A stretch of 64,000 nt of DNA from Bugula neritina (lineage: Eukaryota > Animalia > Bryozoa). The stretch covers positions 2,108,001 to 2,172,000 of the forward strand of contig OZ037769.1 in assembly GCA_964035545.1 (NCBI GenBank). Reading direction: 5' to 3'. The position numbers and the translations under genes were made by a program. Shown one piece after another: positions 41,310 to 55,064 of this stretch. Each line of letters begins with the position of its first letter. Positions within the stretch are counted from its first letter, which is position 1. The notes under the pieces were generated by a model. The model saw nothing but the letters and a program-made list of their open reading frames with translations. It was not told the DNA's origin and searched no databases.

Positions 41310-41420
41310 AAAGCTTTCAGTTGAAAAGCTACTGTTTCGTTGAGTACTCTCTCTGTACTCCTCAACTATTTAACATGTTCAGTGTACATTAAAACCTACT
41401 TATCATAATCATACAGTGAG
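41310..41420. repeat. Dispersed ~100-bp repeat, second copy at ~48893-49000
   Basis: agctttcagttgaa..gct..tgttt...ctctct.t.tact.ctcaactat....catgtt...taaaacct...tatcataatcata..gtga is present at both loci. Confidence 0.65.
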
Positions 41421-43098
41421 CTCACACAACTAGACCTTCAAATCACTCAAAATTAGTTTGCAACACAACTCGGCACAATTTTTATGGGGGGGGGGGAAGT
41501 TTTGCACCATGACCAACATCAATTGGCACTGCTGTAGTGATTTGGCTTAACAAGATAGATTTGGGTTAGATGTATTAATAGTAACATGACTGGTTAAGAT
41601 GTGCTTTTAGTTATACCATAGCTAAAGCAAAGCTATACATAGCTGAGGGGTCACCTAAACCTATTGTTTGCATTCAATTATTAAACTGATTGCTTGTCTT
41701 AATTTAATGAACACAAATAACTAAATCAACGCTTAAATTTATTGAGTAAATCATGTTAACTCAGTTGGAGAGCTGTCAGGATATGGGAGTCCATTAGTAA
41801 GGCAGCATATTCAAACAAAATTGAAGCTCTGTTGTTTGTTAAAAGTTGACAAGACATGTTTGTAAGCTTTAATTAATAAAAAAAGATAAGGAAAGTCAAC
41901 ATTTTCATAAAATTGACTTTAGAATGGACTAGTAAATTGCACGAAGCTATAAAAGTAACATGTTACAATAATATATGAAATCAGAGTTGAATAAGGGAAC
42001 AGCACGGCACGCGAGGAACATAATGAAATGCAATTGATATTTTTGTTGATTGTTTGATACAAACCAAAATTAGATTCTACACAATGTGGAATTTGTGTAC
42101 ACAATGTATTGTAATCGATAAACTTTCCTATCAGATGTTGTGAAAAGAAATCATTATAATATGCTTAAATGAACGGCAAACAATCAGCAATGTTTACTTT
42201 TGTGCATGCATGCCTTTTCTAAAGCTTTCGATTCATCTAATTTACTGAACTCTTCTGTTCTAGCTAATTGTTACGTCACCAATTGAATCACATTACAATC
42301 AGTTTTAGAAAGCGATAAATTGCATTGATATAAATAATTACATGCTGGCTAATGTATGTAAATGTACGAGATTGCATTTGTAATGAAATCTAGGCATTGG
42401 TCGGAAGCAATACTTGATTGCAAGACATGAGGAATAGGCTCTTAAAGGTAAGCTCATAGCCGCAACTATTTCACAACCACATATATTGAGAGAACTGTTT
42501 AAGTTTTACCTGCACTCATAGAAGAAAATTTGTATATGAATTGTGTGAAAAATGTACAATAGTATGATAGATGTCTGAGTTATACATTAAGTGAAAAAAA
42601 ATTTCATCACCTATTAATAATTTTTATAAATAATACTGTTTTTTTTCCAAAGATCAATTTTTGCCAGATTCATTAAAAACGTAGTTAAATTTTGAATTAA
42701 AACTGTCAATATCAACTCGACCTAAAAGTTAAATTTATTTGTGGATTGTTAGATTTACACAGCGAATGATTAATAGCTAAAATATTTTCCCTGATCAACA
42801 TAGCAAAAAGCTATGCTGAAGCCAATGTTCTAAAATGTTGAGTGCAGTATTTCACAGTTAGTCCTTACAGCTCTTATATAGCATACATGTATTATTAATG
42901 GATTTTCAGGGTTACTGAACTGCGCTTTCATATTAAATATTAAAATGTAATATGAAATCAATAGAATGAAACTTCATGAGCACAAAGAAATGCTTTATTT
43001 TTAACAGCAGTATTATTTTGCATTGAATCAATATGATGCTGTGGTTTGTACTACTGTGAAGATCATGACTATTTAGAAAGTGCCAACTAAACAGAGTA

Positions 43099-44337
43099 AT
43101 GCTCTACGGTTCTAGTGTTGATCACTGTTTAGTATTTGAACTGTTGACATCAACACTTGTAGAAATGGTGCCTGACCAGAGATTTCCTGTAGACTTTCCC
43201 AGAGTCAGTCTGAATGAAGAAGATCGGTTTCTGCTCATAGTAAAAAATCAGTTTCCAAAGAAGTTACGAGCCAAAGTGCTGCAATCTCAAGTTAAAAGAC
43301 CTTACCGAAGTTTATCACTAAGCAACTCAACAGACAACTTTGAAAAAGTCAAGTGGGAGTTGAGTGAGTTGAGAGAAGCATTTGTAGAAAGAAAACAACC
43401 TCTCCCTTCCATCAATGCTAGGCCAGAGATCACAAGTTCGCAATCGGAAAAAGAACATCGGAGAAAAGCGGATGACTCTATAAACATTACATCGGCCTAT
43501 GACAAATCTCCCACAAGTGACGGACCGGACACAATTAATGACATTCAAAGACAAAAAACGTTTTACCCTGATGGATGGCCAAAAACCAAAAACCACCTCA
43601 AAGAGCTCAACAATGCAAAACTGTGTTTTATTTCAAACAACGAACTACGAGAAGCAAAGCAACCAGACACCTTAGATTTGAGAGACCATACGAAGCAGAA
43701 GAAACGAATAAAACATGGTCCTGGAGTTCCATCTAAGGTGTCTGACAACCACTGCAAAAAGTTGAAACCATCAATGAGCCATTTACACTTTCTAAGAAAT
43801 GAGAATGTTGGTTCAGATAGTAGTTACTACCAGATTCCCAACTATAGAAATTCGAAGTTGAAGTCACCAATTGAGTTTTCAGACTCAGAATATACATTTG
43901 AAGAAGAAGAGGGAGCACCTACACTCACAGACACTGACCTGTCAGAATACGAATATGACACTCTACAAGACAGCAGACATGAAACTAAAGTAGCAACACA
44001 GTTACCAGCTTTAGTCACGAAAAACAAGCACGAGATGACAACCAGCAAACACACTAAGCAAACAAAAGGTAACGGCAGACAGAGACTCAAATTACCAAAA
44101 ATTAAAAGAAGCAAAATACTCAATGCAAATGAAGTAACTTCACAGGATGAAAAGATACAAAGAAAGCCTGTGATTTCTAGCATGGTGCAGTTGAAAGATT
44201 TGGTGAGTCACAAGAGAGAAACAGACCTGAGTAGGGTTGTAGACCCCTACTCTGTCTACTTGAAGTATAAGGGTCATATGCAAGTCATAGATAACAGCAT
44301 CTACAACCGCCATGCTAGGAAAGGGGGAGGTAGATAA
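43099..44337 (+). CDS. Uncharacterised Lys/Ser-rich, probably largely disordered protein; single coding exon (likely start ATG 43165, just after a TTGTAG acceptor)
   Basis: 412-codon uninterrupted, non-repetitive ORF in AT-rich DNA with raised GC; AATAAA near 44570 and 44623; no domain recognised. Confidence 0.7.
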   Translation: MLYGSSVDHCLVFELLTSTLVEMVPDQRFPVDFPRVSLNEEDRFLLIVKNQFPKKLRAKVLQSQVKRPYRSLSLSNSTDNFEKVKWELSELREAFVERKQPLPSINARPEITSSQSEKEHRRKADDSINITSAYDKSPTSDGPDTINDIQRQKTFYPDGWPKTKNHLKELNNAKLCFISNNELREAKQPDTLDLRDHTKQKKRIKHGPGVPSKVSDNHCKKLKPSMSHLHFLRNENVGSDSSYYQIPNYRNSKLKSPIEFSDSEYTFEEEEGAPTLTDTDLSEYEYDTLQDSRHETKVATQLPALVTKNKHEMTTSKHTKQTKGNGRQRLKLPKIKRSKILNANEVTSQDEKIQRKPVISSMVQLKDLVSHKRETDLSRVVDPYSVYLKYKGHMQVIDNSIYNRHARKGGGR

Positions 44338-45727
44338 CTTCTGTTGCAATACAAAGTTCTGATGCAATATATAAACCAAGTAATTCTAGTCCTAGTTGTC
44401 AAGGCAAGCAAGCTGGTTGTTGAACTGTAAGATTTCTGTTTCTATTGAATATTCTGTATTGTTGGTTATTTAAATGAAAGTATCTGCACGTGCTGTGATT
44501 ATCATTAATCACAATTCTTCAGAAACATTTTAACTACTGTTAATTAAAGTGACATTTATTAATTACACAAATAAATAATGTTCAGAATATTACATTTGAG
44601 TGTCAATCACAAATCCGTCAGGAATAAAGGCTAGCGGCATCAACCTAGCCCACTTATAAAAATACATAATTCAGTTTCAAGCGAGCCAATGGAAGGGACT
44701 ATTCAATAAGATTAGCCTACATTTATCAATAGCCATGACTTTGCTGTAGGTAAAGTGGATGTAGAACCGGGCTAATCAAACATCTTTACTCTATAAGCTA
44801 GTTTTGAGTACTTTCAGTTACTCATTGAAAATTACAAATGTTTAAAAGACATGCCAACAAATAATATGGAACGGTGCCCTCCGAATGAAAAAGTAGATAC
44901 CGTAGTATAGTACGTTTAATACACACACATGCACTCCACACTAATCCAGTACAAAGCTATTGATATTTTACATACACCTGAGTTGTGTGACAAAACAGTC
45001 ATGGCTTACTGGACTCAACATCTAAATATGAAAGCGTATAAACATATCTGAAAATATATTAGCTGCTAAAGAAAGAGAGAGTTCGTCAAATAACTAAATA
45101 GTCTCACAGTGACATCATTTCCTGTGCGGTGAACTCCAGATAATACTCCCAAGTACTCTATGACACGTATCTAAAATTATAAAATGTCAATAAATTTAAC
45201 TAGAGCTATTGGAGTATAGAAAGACAAATATCATGGGACACAGAATTCTACAACAGCAAGCATTAATAAACAAATCAATTGCAGCTTGCAAACCGTCATT
45301 ATCAAATTATTTCCACCAAGGCAAAGCAGTTTAATGTGATTAACCAGTGAATTCACTATTAAAATACCATAAAAGCTAGCCATAACTTTAATTTAAAAAA
45401 TATAAATTCATTAACAAACTGATGATGATTACAAGGTATTTAACTTAATAGTGAAACATACAAGTTGATGCTCACAGAGCTAATATCTAGTGGCATATTT
45501 AGGCCTGAATTATATGTAATTAGCTGAAGGATAACAAAGCTGAGTTGTTAAAATAGCCCTGAGTTTATTGTTATAAAAAAGCAGGGAAGGTAAAACAAGT
45601 TCTAAGGGGCAGGTTGAAATTATATCTAAGGAATCCGGAAGAAATCATCAGTAGTCCAAAACGGAATTACTGTATCACCTCAGTATTGAAAACTTTTATG
45701 CTTACCAAACTCAAGTATTTCCCTCTA

Positions 45728-48700
45728 TCATTCTGTTAGTAGTTGTTTTCCCTTCACTGCAGCAAACCTAAGCCTAAGTTCTTCAAGAGTGAGTGACTTA
45801 GGTTTCGAAGTAGCCTGTAACATCATACAATAGCATACAGCTACCACCCTTTCCCATGTGTGTCTAGTATCATATCAATAGAGTATGAGAAAGGGAATTT
45901 GCTTACCTCATCACTGCAGTTAGTTGAGTTCATTGGGCCAGCTTGCTGCCTTACTGTAGAACTAGTGCGGGGAGGCAGCGAGGCTGTGAACCCACTAGAG
46001 TTGTGTAGACTGCCGCCACAGGTGTCACGAGGCATCAGTGCATACAGGTCATCTAGAATGAAATGGTCATCTCTCCAATATAGCATAGAGTTATTTATAA
46101 GCAATTTTTTTGTAAAATAAAATACTGCCAAATACTCTTGAGTAAGAAATGTATAAACCAACATTTGCATAAAACAGTGTCAAGCAGATGTCATATTATT
46201 TAAATTTATACTCGCAAAAAAGCTGCGTTACACATAAAATTCAAAGATTTTCTTGACATCTCCTTTGTATAGTGAAAATAAACAAATTAATTTGATTAAA
46301 ATCAAGATAATTTCAACCTATTTTATAGCAAAGCATGTTTTACATAAGTTTATTTATAGAATCACACCAGCCATTTAAACTGTTTAAAGTGGTATATAAT
46401 GTAATAGAGAGTTTACGCACCATGGCGAGGAGTTGTCCCCACAGGAGAATCTTCTATGAACAGAGGCTCTTCATCCAGCACACTGGTTACTATACGTCTG
46501 CCGGCACTCGGAGTTTTACATATATAGTCTATGAGAGACTTCTCTTTGTAGAGCTCAGTGGTGGATCTAGAAGAAGAGGGGCGACTCCTCGCCCCGCCTG
46601 TATTGCATGGAGAACCAGGGCTGTTTTCAGCCGTGACTTGAGGCAGTTGCAGAGCATTGGGTGGGGGACTGGAAGCGCTTGAAGATGAAGAGTTATTGAG
46701 AGTTTGACCTTTGACCGTGATGATGCCGTCTTCTGTGTCGTCAGACAGCGCACCTGCTGACAGGAAGTGAAACCAAGTCACACGAGCAACAAAACGTGGA
46801 AAGTGGAGACACCGCGAAAACACATTAATTCAAACAAAACTATCATATACAATGAACCAACTTTCAAGAAATATGCATAGCTAATATTGTGATGCCAAAG
46901 CAGGGTCAGACTCAAAGTGCACACCTGTATAGGATAATTCCTTACTGCTGGTTTCACCACCAGTGTGTCGAGCAACTTTACTTGTTACCGGGGAGATCAA
47001 AGAGCTGTATCCTGTGGTTTCGGGTGTGCGGGCTATTTTGTCTCGCTTTAGAAAACCTGACACACCTACATGTGCAAATGTGAAAGAGTGTTTTCAGACC
47101 AAATGTTACTAAAACTATCCAATAAAATGTCTAATACTTTGACTTTTGTGTATACTGCACAGCTTGAAATAGAGCCGCATTGTAGATTTAATATCAAGTA
47201 TTATACTCTATTGTATAAACATAGTAACAAAGAATAAATTGCATCACATAGCATAATATGTCACATAATACAATTCATAGTATATATTACATAACATAAT
47301 GAATTCTGCTATACTCATTTTAAAGAAATTATCTGGTTAAACTGGAATAAAAATATCTTTGTAACAATGTGCTATATCCAATATTTGTTGAACACAAGAT
47401 AAGAATAGACATGACAGAACCCATGATATATAGGAAGCTTACTTTAAGAGACATACACTGACCTAGTTCATCGAGTACATTAGCATCTTCTGGTAGATAA
47501 GTATCTCCATCAGCAATAATGGACTGAGCTATCTGCAAAGTGAGCATCTAATAAAACAGTGTGCAGGAACAGTGTGCAAACTTGCATAGTCGGTTTCCAT
47601 AGGACAAAATGGCAGTAGACTCGTATACTTAAGGTTGCTATGACAAGGCAGCAAAGCGGAAAAAAAGTTACAGACTAGAGAGAAGGTTCTAGAGACTAGA
47701 GAGAAGGTTCTAGAGACTAGAGAGAAAGGTTCTAGAGACTAGAGAGAAAGGTCTAGAGACTAGAGAGAAAGTTCTAGAGACTAGAGAGAAAGTTTTAGAG
47801 ACTAGAGAGAAAGTTCTGGAGACTAAAGAGAAAGTTCTAGAGACTAGAGAGAAAGTTCTAGAGACTAGAGAGGAAGTTCTAGAGACTAGAGAGAAAGTTC
47901 TAGAGACTAGAGAGAAAGTTCTAGAGACTAGAGAGAAAGTTCTAGAGACTAGAGAGAAGGTTCTAGAGACTAAAGAGAAAGTTCTAGAGACTAGAGAGAA
48001 AGTTCTAGAGACTAGAGAGAAAGTTCTAGAGACTTGAGAGAAAGTTCTAGAGACTAGAGAGAAGGTTCTAGAGACTAAAGAGAAAGTTCTAGAGACTAGA
48101 GAGAAAGTTCTAGAGACTAGAGAGAAGGTTCTAGAGACTAGAGAGAAAGTTCTAGAGACTAGAGAGAAAGTTCTAGAGACTAGAGAGAAAGTTCTAGAGA
48201 CTAGAGAGAAAGTTCTAGAGACTAAAGAGAAAGTTCTAGAGACTAGAGAGAAGGTTCTAGAGACTAGAGAGAAAGTTCTAGAGACTAGAGAGAAAGTTCT
48301 AGAGACTAGAAAGAAGGTTCTAGAGACTAGAGAGAAAGTTCTAGAGACTAAAGAGAAAGTTCCAGAGACTAGAGAGAAAGTTCTAGAGACTAGAGAGAAA
48401 GTTCTAGAGAGAAGGTTCTAGAGACTAGAGAGAAAGTTCTAGAGACTAAAGAGAAAGTTCTAGAGACTAGAGAGAAAGTTCTAGAGACTAGAGAGAAAGT
48501 TCTAGAGACTAGAGAGAAAGTTCTAGAGACTAGAGAGAAGGTTCTAGAGACTAAAGAGAAAGTTCTAGAGACTAGAGAGAAAGTTCTAGAGACTAGAGAG
48601 AAAGTTCTAGAGACTAGAGAGAAGGTTCTAGAGACTAGAGTCATACCCTGGCAGCGAGGACGTCGCTAGGTGAAGCAGCAACTGGGGGCAGCTTCTCCAC

Positions 48701-51700
48701 CTGAGAATAGAGTCGGTTCAGAGCCTCTTCTCTGTCAGCTGGGTTGGTCAGCTTCAGCCTACACAGAGAACTGAGTCTACAATCACTGGACTGAGGGGGA
48801 AACTTAGAGTGCAGATGTCCATCAGCATTGGGTACAGGATATATGAGCATACTGGTCAGATGGTGTGGTATTGTAGCGCTGTTACTATAAGTAGCTTTCA
48901 GTTGAATGGCTAATGTTTATACTGTTTTCACTCTCTCTATACTGCTCAACTATCTGACATGTTTGCTCAATAAAACCTGTGTATCATAATCATATAAGTG
49001 ATGCTTAATCCTGAAATGTAATGCATGGATGTAGATGCATCATTTTGTACATTGAAGCAATAACTCCTAATTAAAATGACAGCACAGGTGGGTTAACATA
49101 ACAATATATTATGCATGTTTATAAGTAATTTTAATGTCAGCTTCATGGGAAAGATAACTCCAAAATGTATAGTATGAATTGACCAGGTTCCACTGATGTC
49201 CAATATTAAAATGCACAAATAGATATCAATTGCAGAAAAACTTAGTAATTTACTCATTGGTGACAAAAAGACAGTTCCTTATTTCATCGATTTTCAGCAT
49301 TTCAGAAAAGATATACAACTATTAGAAAGCCCACAAAGTAGGCTATATAAACACTTGTACTGTAAGTGACCAGTGGCAAGGACTTACTTTGATTGGTTGG
49401 TTGGAGTGAAGGGAGGAGTTTTGCCTACAGTTTCTTTCCTCCAGCTGATTGAATGAGGGGGTGTGGTCAGATTGGCAGAGGGTGTGGTTAGATTTGCAGT
49501 GGGCGTGGTAGGAATGGCAGACTCACTATAACAGTGTCAACACACTTAATATCAACACAAGAATTATGTGAATAAAAAGTTGGTAATGTTAAAATACAGC
49601 AAAAATTAATAATTGAGTCAAAAAGATTGCGCAACTCAACAAGCTAATATATGAAATGGATCCCCTTCTTCCAATAACATTAGACAAAGTCCTTAAGGCT
49701 GGCTCACTGCAAGCCGAGTATCCTGACAGTCTAATGAGAAAAACAGTGGATTTAATGCATATGGTGTCTCTAAGCAAAGAATTCCCTCTATATATTCTAC
49801 CTCAGCATACACAGAGCTGCACATATACATATTACATACAAACACGTATCACTCACTGAATGTCAGGAGAAACACCCAGCTGTTCGATGGATCCGGTCTC
49901 TGTAGGTGAGAAGATGCTGTCGCCAGCAGAGATTACTTTCGTCAGCTGTTTCCTGCCGATACGACTCACCTCCACGGAGTTCTGCTGACCTTTGTGTGGT
50001 GTCAGCGGTGACCTGCTGCTGTGGAGAGACGGAGAGATTACAGGAACAGTTGTACCGACAGACACAGTAACAGGCAGCAAAGAAATGATTCATATTTACA
50101 CTGAATACGGCTGTAGAGAAATACTACAGCATCAATCATACATCTTTATGTACAAAACAAACACAACATAAATATGTAATTAATATTTACAATACGAGAT
50201 AATGTCACAAGTGAAATAAAAACAATTGCGTTGAGTTGCAGGAAAAGTGATTTAAGTTCACATCAATCTAAGTGTAGCCTACAATACCTGAATGAGCTAT
50301 TAGAGCAGCTGAACGGGTACTCCCCCTTCCTAGCCCGCCTGACCTGTCCCTGAGTCAGAGGTGACAGGGCGCCACTCTGACTGCTGCCTTTCCCAGCAGC
50401 TGGCGCCCGGTTCTCTTTGCCGGCATCAACAAGGCGCCGAGGTTTGACACCCTGAGATACCGACTTCAGTATCCTCCCCACAGCGTCTGGAGTAGATTCT
50501 AAAGGAGATACACACTGTGACAGCATCTCACAATAACCAACCTAATCAGAGCTTTACATTTCCTCAGCACGAACTTGGTGTACTCAACATGTATGCTTAA
50601 CTGCTTTAGTAGAGGGAGGAAACAAAATAGTACTGCATATACCTGTCTTCCAATGTGCATAATAGAACACTAATCTTACAAAACTTCAACATAAACCTAC
50701 CTTGGGGAAGCATGTCAGGGGTGAAGGTCATTTTAGAGGCTTCAACGTCCGCCGCTGATGCATAACTTGGGTCAAAGGTTAGAGGCGGTGAATTCGGCTG
50801 CAATGACATCTCCAACTGAAAATATGAAACCAGATAAAAATAAGACAAGCGAAATAAGTTTACATTTTGATGTCACAACAATCCACTTCCTGTCTAGGCA
50901 ATTTTCGAACTTCCTGTCGTCTAATCTATTTTACTGACCTGAGACCCACTTGGTTGGCTACTTCCTTGCGAGCCGTATCCACCCATCAGAACCAGTTTCT
51001 CTTTCATTTGGCTGATGGATTCCTTGAGTTCAGGAATAAGCTGAGTTCTGAGAGAGTTAGCCAGGGATCTGCTGCTATCTAGCTGCTGGTTGAGGGCGTT
51101 CACTTTGGGTTGAAGGTCTTCCAGTTGCTTACTCAAGTCTATCACGTCACATTCCTCAAATCTCTCCAGGTACAGGTGCATACTCAGGTTCCACAGATTC
51201 AAAATACTGAGAAAATGAAAAAAAAACAAACAAATTAATTTCCCCAACAAAGATATGGAAATTATATTGTCTATGAACATCACGGCAGTAACTGCCAGGG
51301 AATAGTAGGCATGTATTATATTATATTTAAATTTAGATTGGAAATATTGACTAGATTACGACTTCATCATAATTTTTGCTCAAAATAGGCTTCTGCAAAT
51401 TTATTAACAAATGTGTTACTATCGCAAATAGCACCAATGGGGTTAAAAATAGAATTTCATCTTTTATTACCTTACCTGACAAGGTCCAACTTTCCAGCCT
51501 TGTAAGTGTTACTGATGTCTCTCTACAACAGAACATATTTGAGTGCATACATGTCTAGTAAAGAATATGAAGTGTGGTATATGCTATCAGAAAGTTTATA
51601 CACTAAACCATTATACAGAATTGATACATTTTAAACCACTTCCGCATAAAAAGGTGTGCATTGAAGCAAAAATAAAAATAGTCCGCTATACTGACACAGA

Positions 51701-54700
51701 GAGTGAGTATAGTATAAAGCAATACACGTCAATCACTTTTATTACCACAATAAACTGTGTATGCAGTAGAGAAACAAATGCAAAAATGAATGCAGAGCAC
51801 TAGAAAAAAACAACATTACATTGTTCAATGAAAAGACAACATAAAGAAATAATATGTAACCCATCATAGGAACAAGTCACTCCACACAAACTCACCTTGA
51901 GTAGTTCCCGTTCGCACTCTCGCAGCAACATCTCCGGTATCCTGATATCTAGGTCACTGGCGCGGAGTATATACTTGTGTACAACACCACTGAGTATAGA
52001 GGAGACAACTTCTTGCTGAGTGTCGCTACTTGCCAGGAAGTCTTCCACAGAACTCCACAGGTCTCTCACCTAGAGAGAGTGAGAGCAAGCATTTAGCAAA
52101 CAGGAGAGGATAACTACTATGAATACTTTATTGAGCGCTTCTATACAAGTACTATTATAATAATAAAACAATAGGCTGAGGTGTCATTGACACATGGATT
52201 ATATATAACCTCTTCTAAGACATCAACCTTGAGCATTAGAGTATGATGTACAAGGTCAAAGAGATAACTTTCATGATGACATAGCGAGCTTTGACAATTT
52301 CACAGGTAAAATGCGCTGATAAAACAACTCACTAGATAATTATTTCTTAGAAAACAATTTGGAGTAAAACAGATCAATTCCCTACTAACTCAGTCTGACT
52401 TCACTGAGTCAAACTCCTCAACAGCATTAGATTGAAACACTAACAGCCACCTGTGCATTAGACTCATTACTTCAATTAACATCATACTACACTATGCTGT
52501 ACCTTCTGAATCTTTTCTTCTCTTCTCACTGACTGGATATTCACATCAAATATTCTGCCATGTTTACTCGCAGACGTCAAAGACTTCGTGTTCCTGTCGG
52601 ACCTGGCGGGAGACGAGATGCCTCTGTCACCATGGTTACTTAGTATGGCCTTCACATTAGCCTCGGTCTCTCTAATCTTCTTACTGAGTCGGCGGTATTC
52701 GGTCAACATGTTTCTACAGACAACATCCAGTGGAGTTAATGCACAGTGATGAGAAGCTTATTACAGAATAAAATCTATAAACGCTCCAACAGCTAATAAA
52801 ATAAATATACTATTATATTAGGACAACAAACAGCAAATTGTGAAAACAATAAATCAAAATTAATTGTTTTAAAAATTGCAAACTTTGTTAATCAGAATGA
52901 AAAATAGAAATGGAATTGCAAAAGGAAAACATTAATTGCTGCCAATGTTACTGGCAGCACATAAATAAAATTGGATTGGCAAGCTGCAACACAGAAAAGA
53001 AGCACGTGAACAGTGCTAGACAAGTAGAGGTAGTATTACAATGTACAGGTAAGTACAGACAGCATCACAATGTACAGGTAAGTAGAGGCAGCATTAAAAT
53101 GTACGTGTAGAAGAGGCAGCATCAATGACTCACTTAGCAGAGGACTGCCAAGTCTTGTGAAGAGTCTCTCTGTTATGGATGCTGTCAAAGAACCTCTTGC
53201 GGCCGTTGATGACCATACAGTGGGTGCCCTTTACCATGGCGGCAGCGTACTCCATGTTCTGAGGAGTTAGAATGGGTCTCAGTAGCATATCCACAGCTGA
53301 CACACCTGTAATGTCAGTAATATCATCACTGGTGGAGTGAAGTGAACATCAGCGTGTATTCAAGGACAGGAGTAGAAAAAAGTGAAATATTCTTCGAGTG
53401 TAGAGTGCACAGGACCAAACAGGTTTATTTTAAAAGCATTTAGTCTCTAGATTAATTGCTACAGTATAGAAAGGGGATCTGGGAAACAAGAAGTTAGCTA
53501 TAACTCAGCTGTGGGGGATGATTTTCATTCAGAAGACAACTCTGTAGAGATTATTGGGAATTACCCACTCTTCAAAAGCAACAAACATAAAGTCACGGTA
53601 GAAATGTGATTAATAATGTAGCATTGACAAAGTTAATTATGCTGAAAAGTATTTGAGACTGCGACGTTATCTCACAAGTTTGAATAGCAGCTTGCATCAA
53701 GTTTATGAGTAATTGCATTTACCACTTAAATCTTTGCTAAAAATCATTTGTGACAGGGAACGCACAGTGATGGGATTTCTTTTCAACTATAATATACTTT
53801 ATGTGGTTGAGAGAACTTCTAATGCTATGTTTTGTGTCTAGACTTCCAATTCCAGAGTAAAACAATAAAAGATTCATAAAAAATCATACTTAAGGACTAC
53901 TAATGTACCTTCTATTACATATGGAGAAAACACATTCTGGTAACTCACCATTCTCTGCCTTTATGATGGTTGAGAGGACGTAAGTAGAAAAAGCTAGTAG
54001 CAAATTACAGAATCTCTCTCCTCCTGGTGACTGGAATATAGAAGGAACTATCTTGGGAAGGTGGGCGTCGGCTTCATCCTGCGTGATAAGACAAAACAAA
54101 ACCAATCATTATATATTGGGATGGTGTAATACAAACAAGGAATGAGTTTGATAGACAGTAGACTGAACATAAATATTTAGCCTAAGTTCATAGTCAATTT
54201 ATTCGGTTATAAAGCACAGCACCCAACACAAGAGTAGAAAGAGTAAACTGACCTGAGCTATCTGACACAGCCAACCATTACACACCTTCCTGAACGTCTG
54301 CTCAGCTTTCTTGTCTCTCACGGGCCAACAACTCCTACACAAGTTTCAACAATTCTTAGAAGAAATTAATGCAAAGTCAAAGGAGAGAGATTGGGAAATA
54401 ATCTTTTCTAGGCAAGAAAAATAGCATAACAAGTTAATACTCTGGCAAAAATTTCCACTTACAATCTAAACAAAACCTCATATATATAGATTATAGACTA
54501 ATGAAATCTCTCTGTTATACACCTATATAAATTACTAATTACAATGTTACACAATAACTTTACGTTTCCACTAATAAGTAAGGATGGCTTGCCAAACATC
54601 CAGTAAAATTTAAATTATTTAGACAATTAGAGTGTTTTTAAAGGCACCCTATACTGTTTCATCTATGTAAAAAATATTGAAAAAAAAGTGCAAAGAGTAA

Positions 54701-55064
54701 ATAAAGATTTGAATTCTAGAGCTTAAAATAGTCACCGAAACTCTGCTGCAGATCTTTGAGGATCAAGTCTATGGAATAGAAAATACATGATCACTTCGAA
54801 TCCTGCTTTATTCGGCAGCTTGAACATATCTCTACAAAAACAGGCTTCATAAAAAGAAACAGCAAATTTTATTATACAATCTCAAATATTAGGAAAACGA
54901 AAATGGCATTTGGGAAACATCAACTTATTTTAGATAACCATTACAGAAACTTACACATTGAAGGCAACTTTGTGAACTCCGTGAGTTTGAGCAAACGACT
55001 GATCATATCCCAGCAGCAACAAATTAGTGTAGAATATCTGCCTTTTATGATCGTACGTGGACAT
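45728..55064 (-). CDS. HAUS6: HAUS augmin-like complex subunit 6 (Dgt6), multi-exon
   Basis: N-terminus MSTYDHKRQIFYTNLLLLGYD..DMFKLPNKAGFEVIMYFLF..LDP..FR.CWPVRDKKAEQTFRK..WL..I..LPKIVPSIFQSPGGERF matches the HAUS6 N-terminal domain; then coiled-coil exons and a long Ser/Pro/Thr-rich C-terminus; stop TGA at 45730-45728. Confidence 0.9.
47671..48640. repeat. 21-bp minisatellite (AGAGACTAGAGAGAAAGTTCT)n, ~46 copies, in a HAUS6 intron
   Basis: Direct tandem repeat; begins a few nt inside the 5' splice donor at ~48646. Confidence 0.98.
53020..53125. repeat. ~28-bp tandem repeat (3-4 copies) abutting a HAUS6 splice donor
   Basis: caatgtacaggtaagtacagacagcatca-like units. Confidence 0.75.

Noticed and set aside
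43302-44379. Several minus-strand ORFs overlapping the 412-aa ORF
   Set aside because: Short antisense shadows of the long + strand ORF
48390-48644. (LVSRTFS)n ORF
   Set aside because: Translation of the 21-bp intronic minisatellite; no evidence of an independent gene
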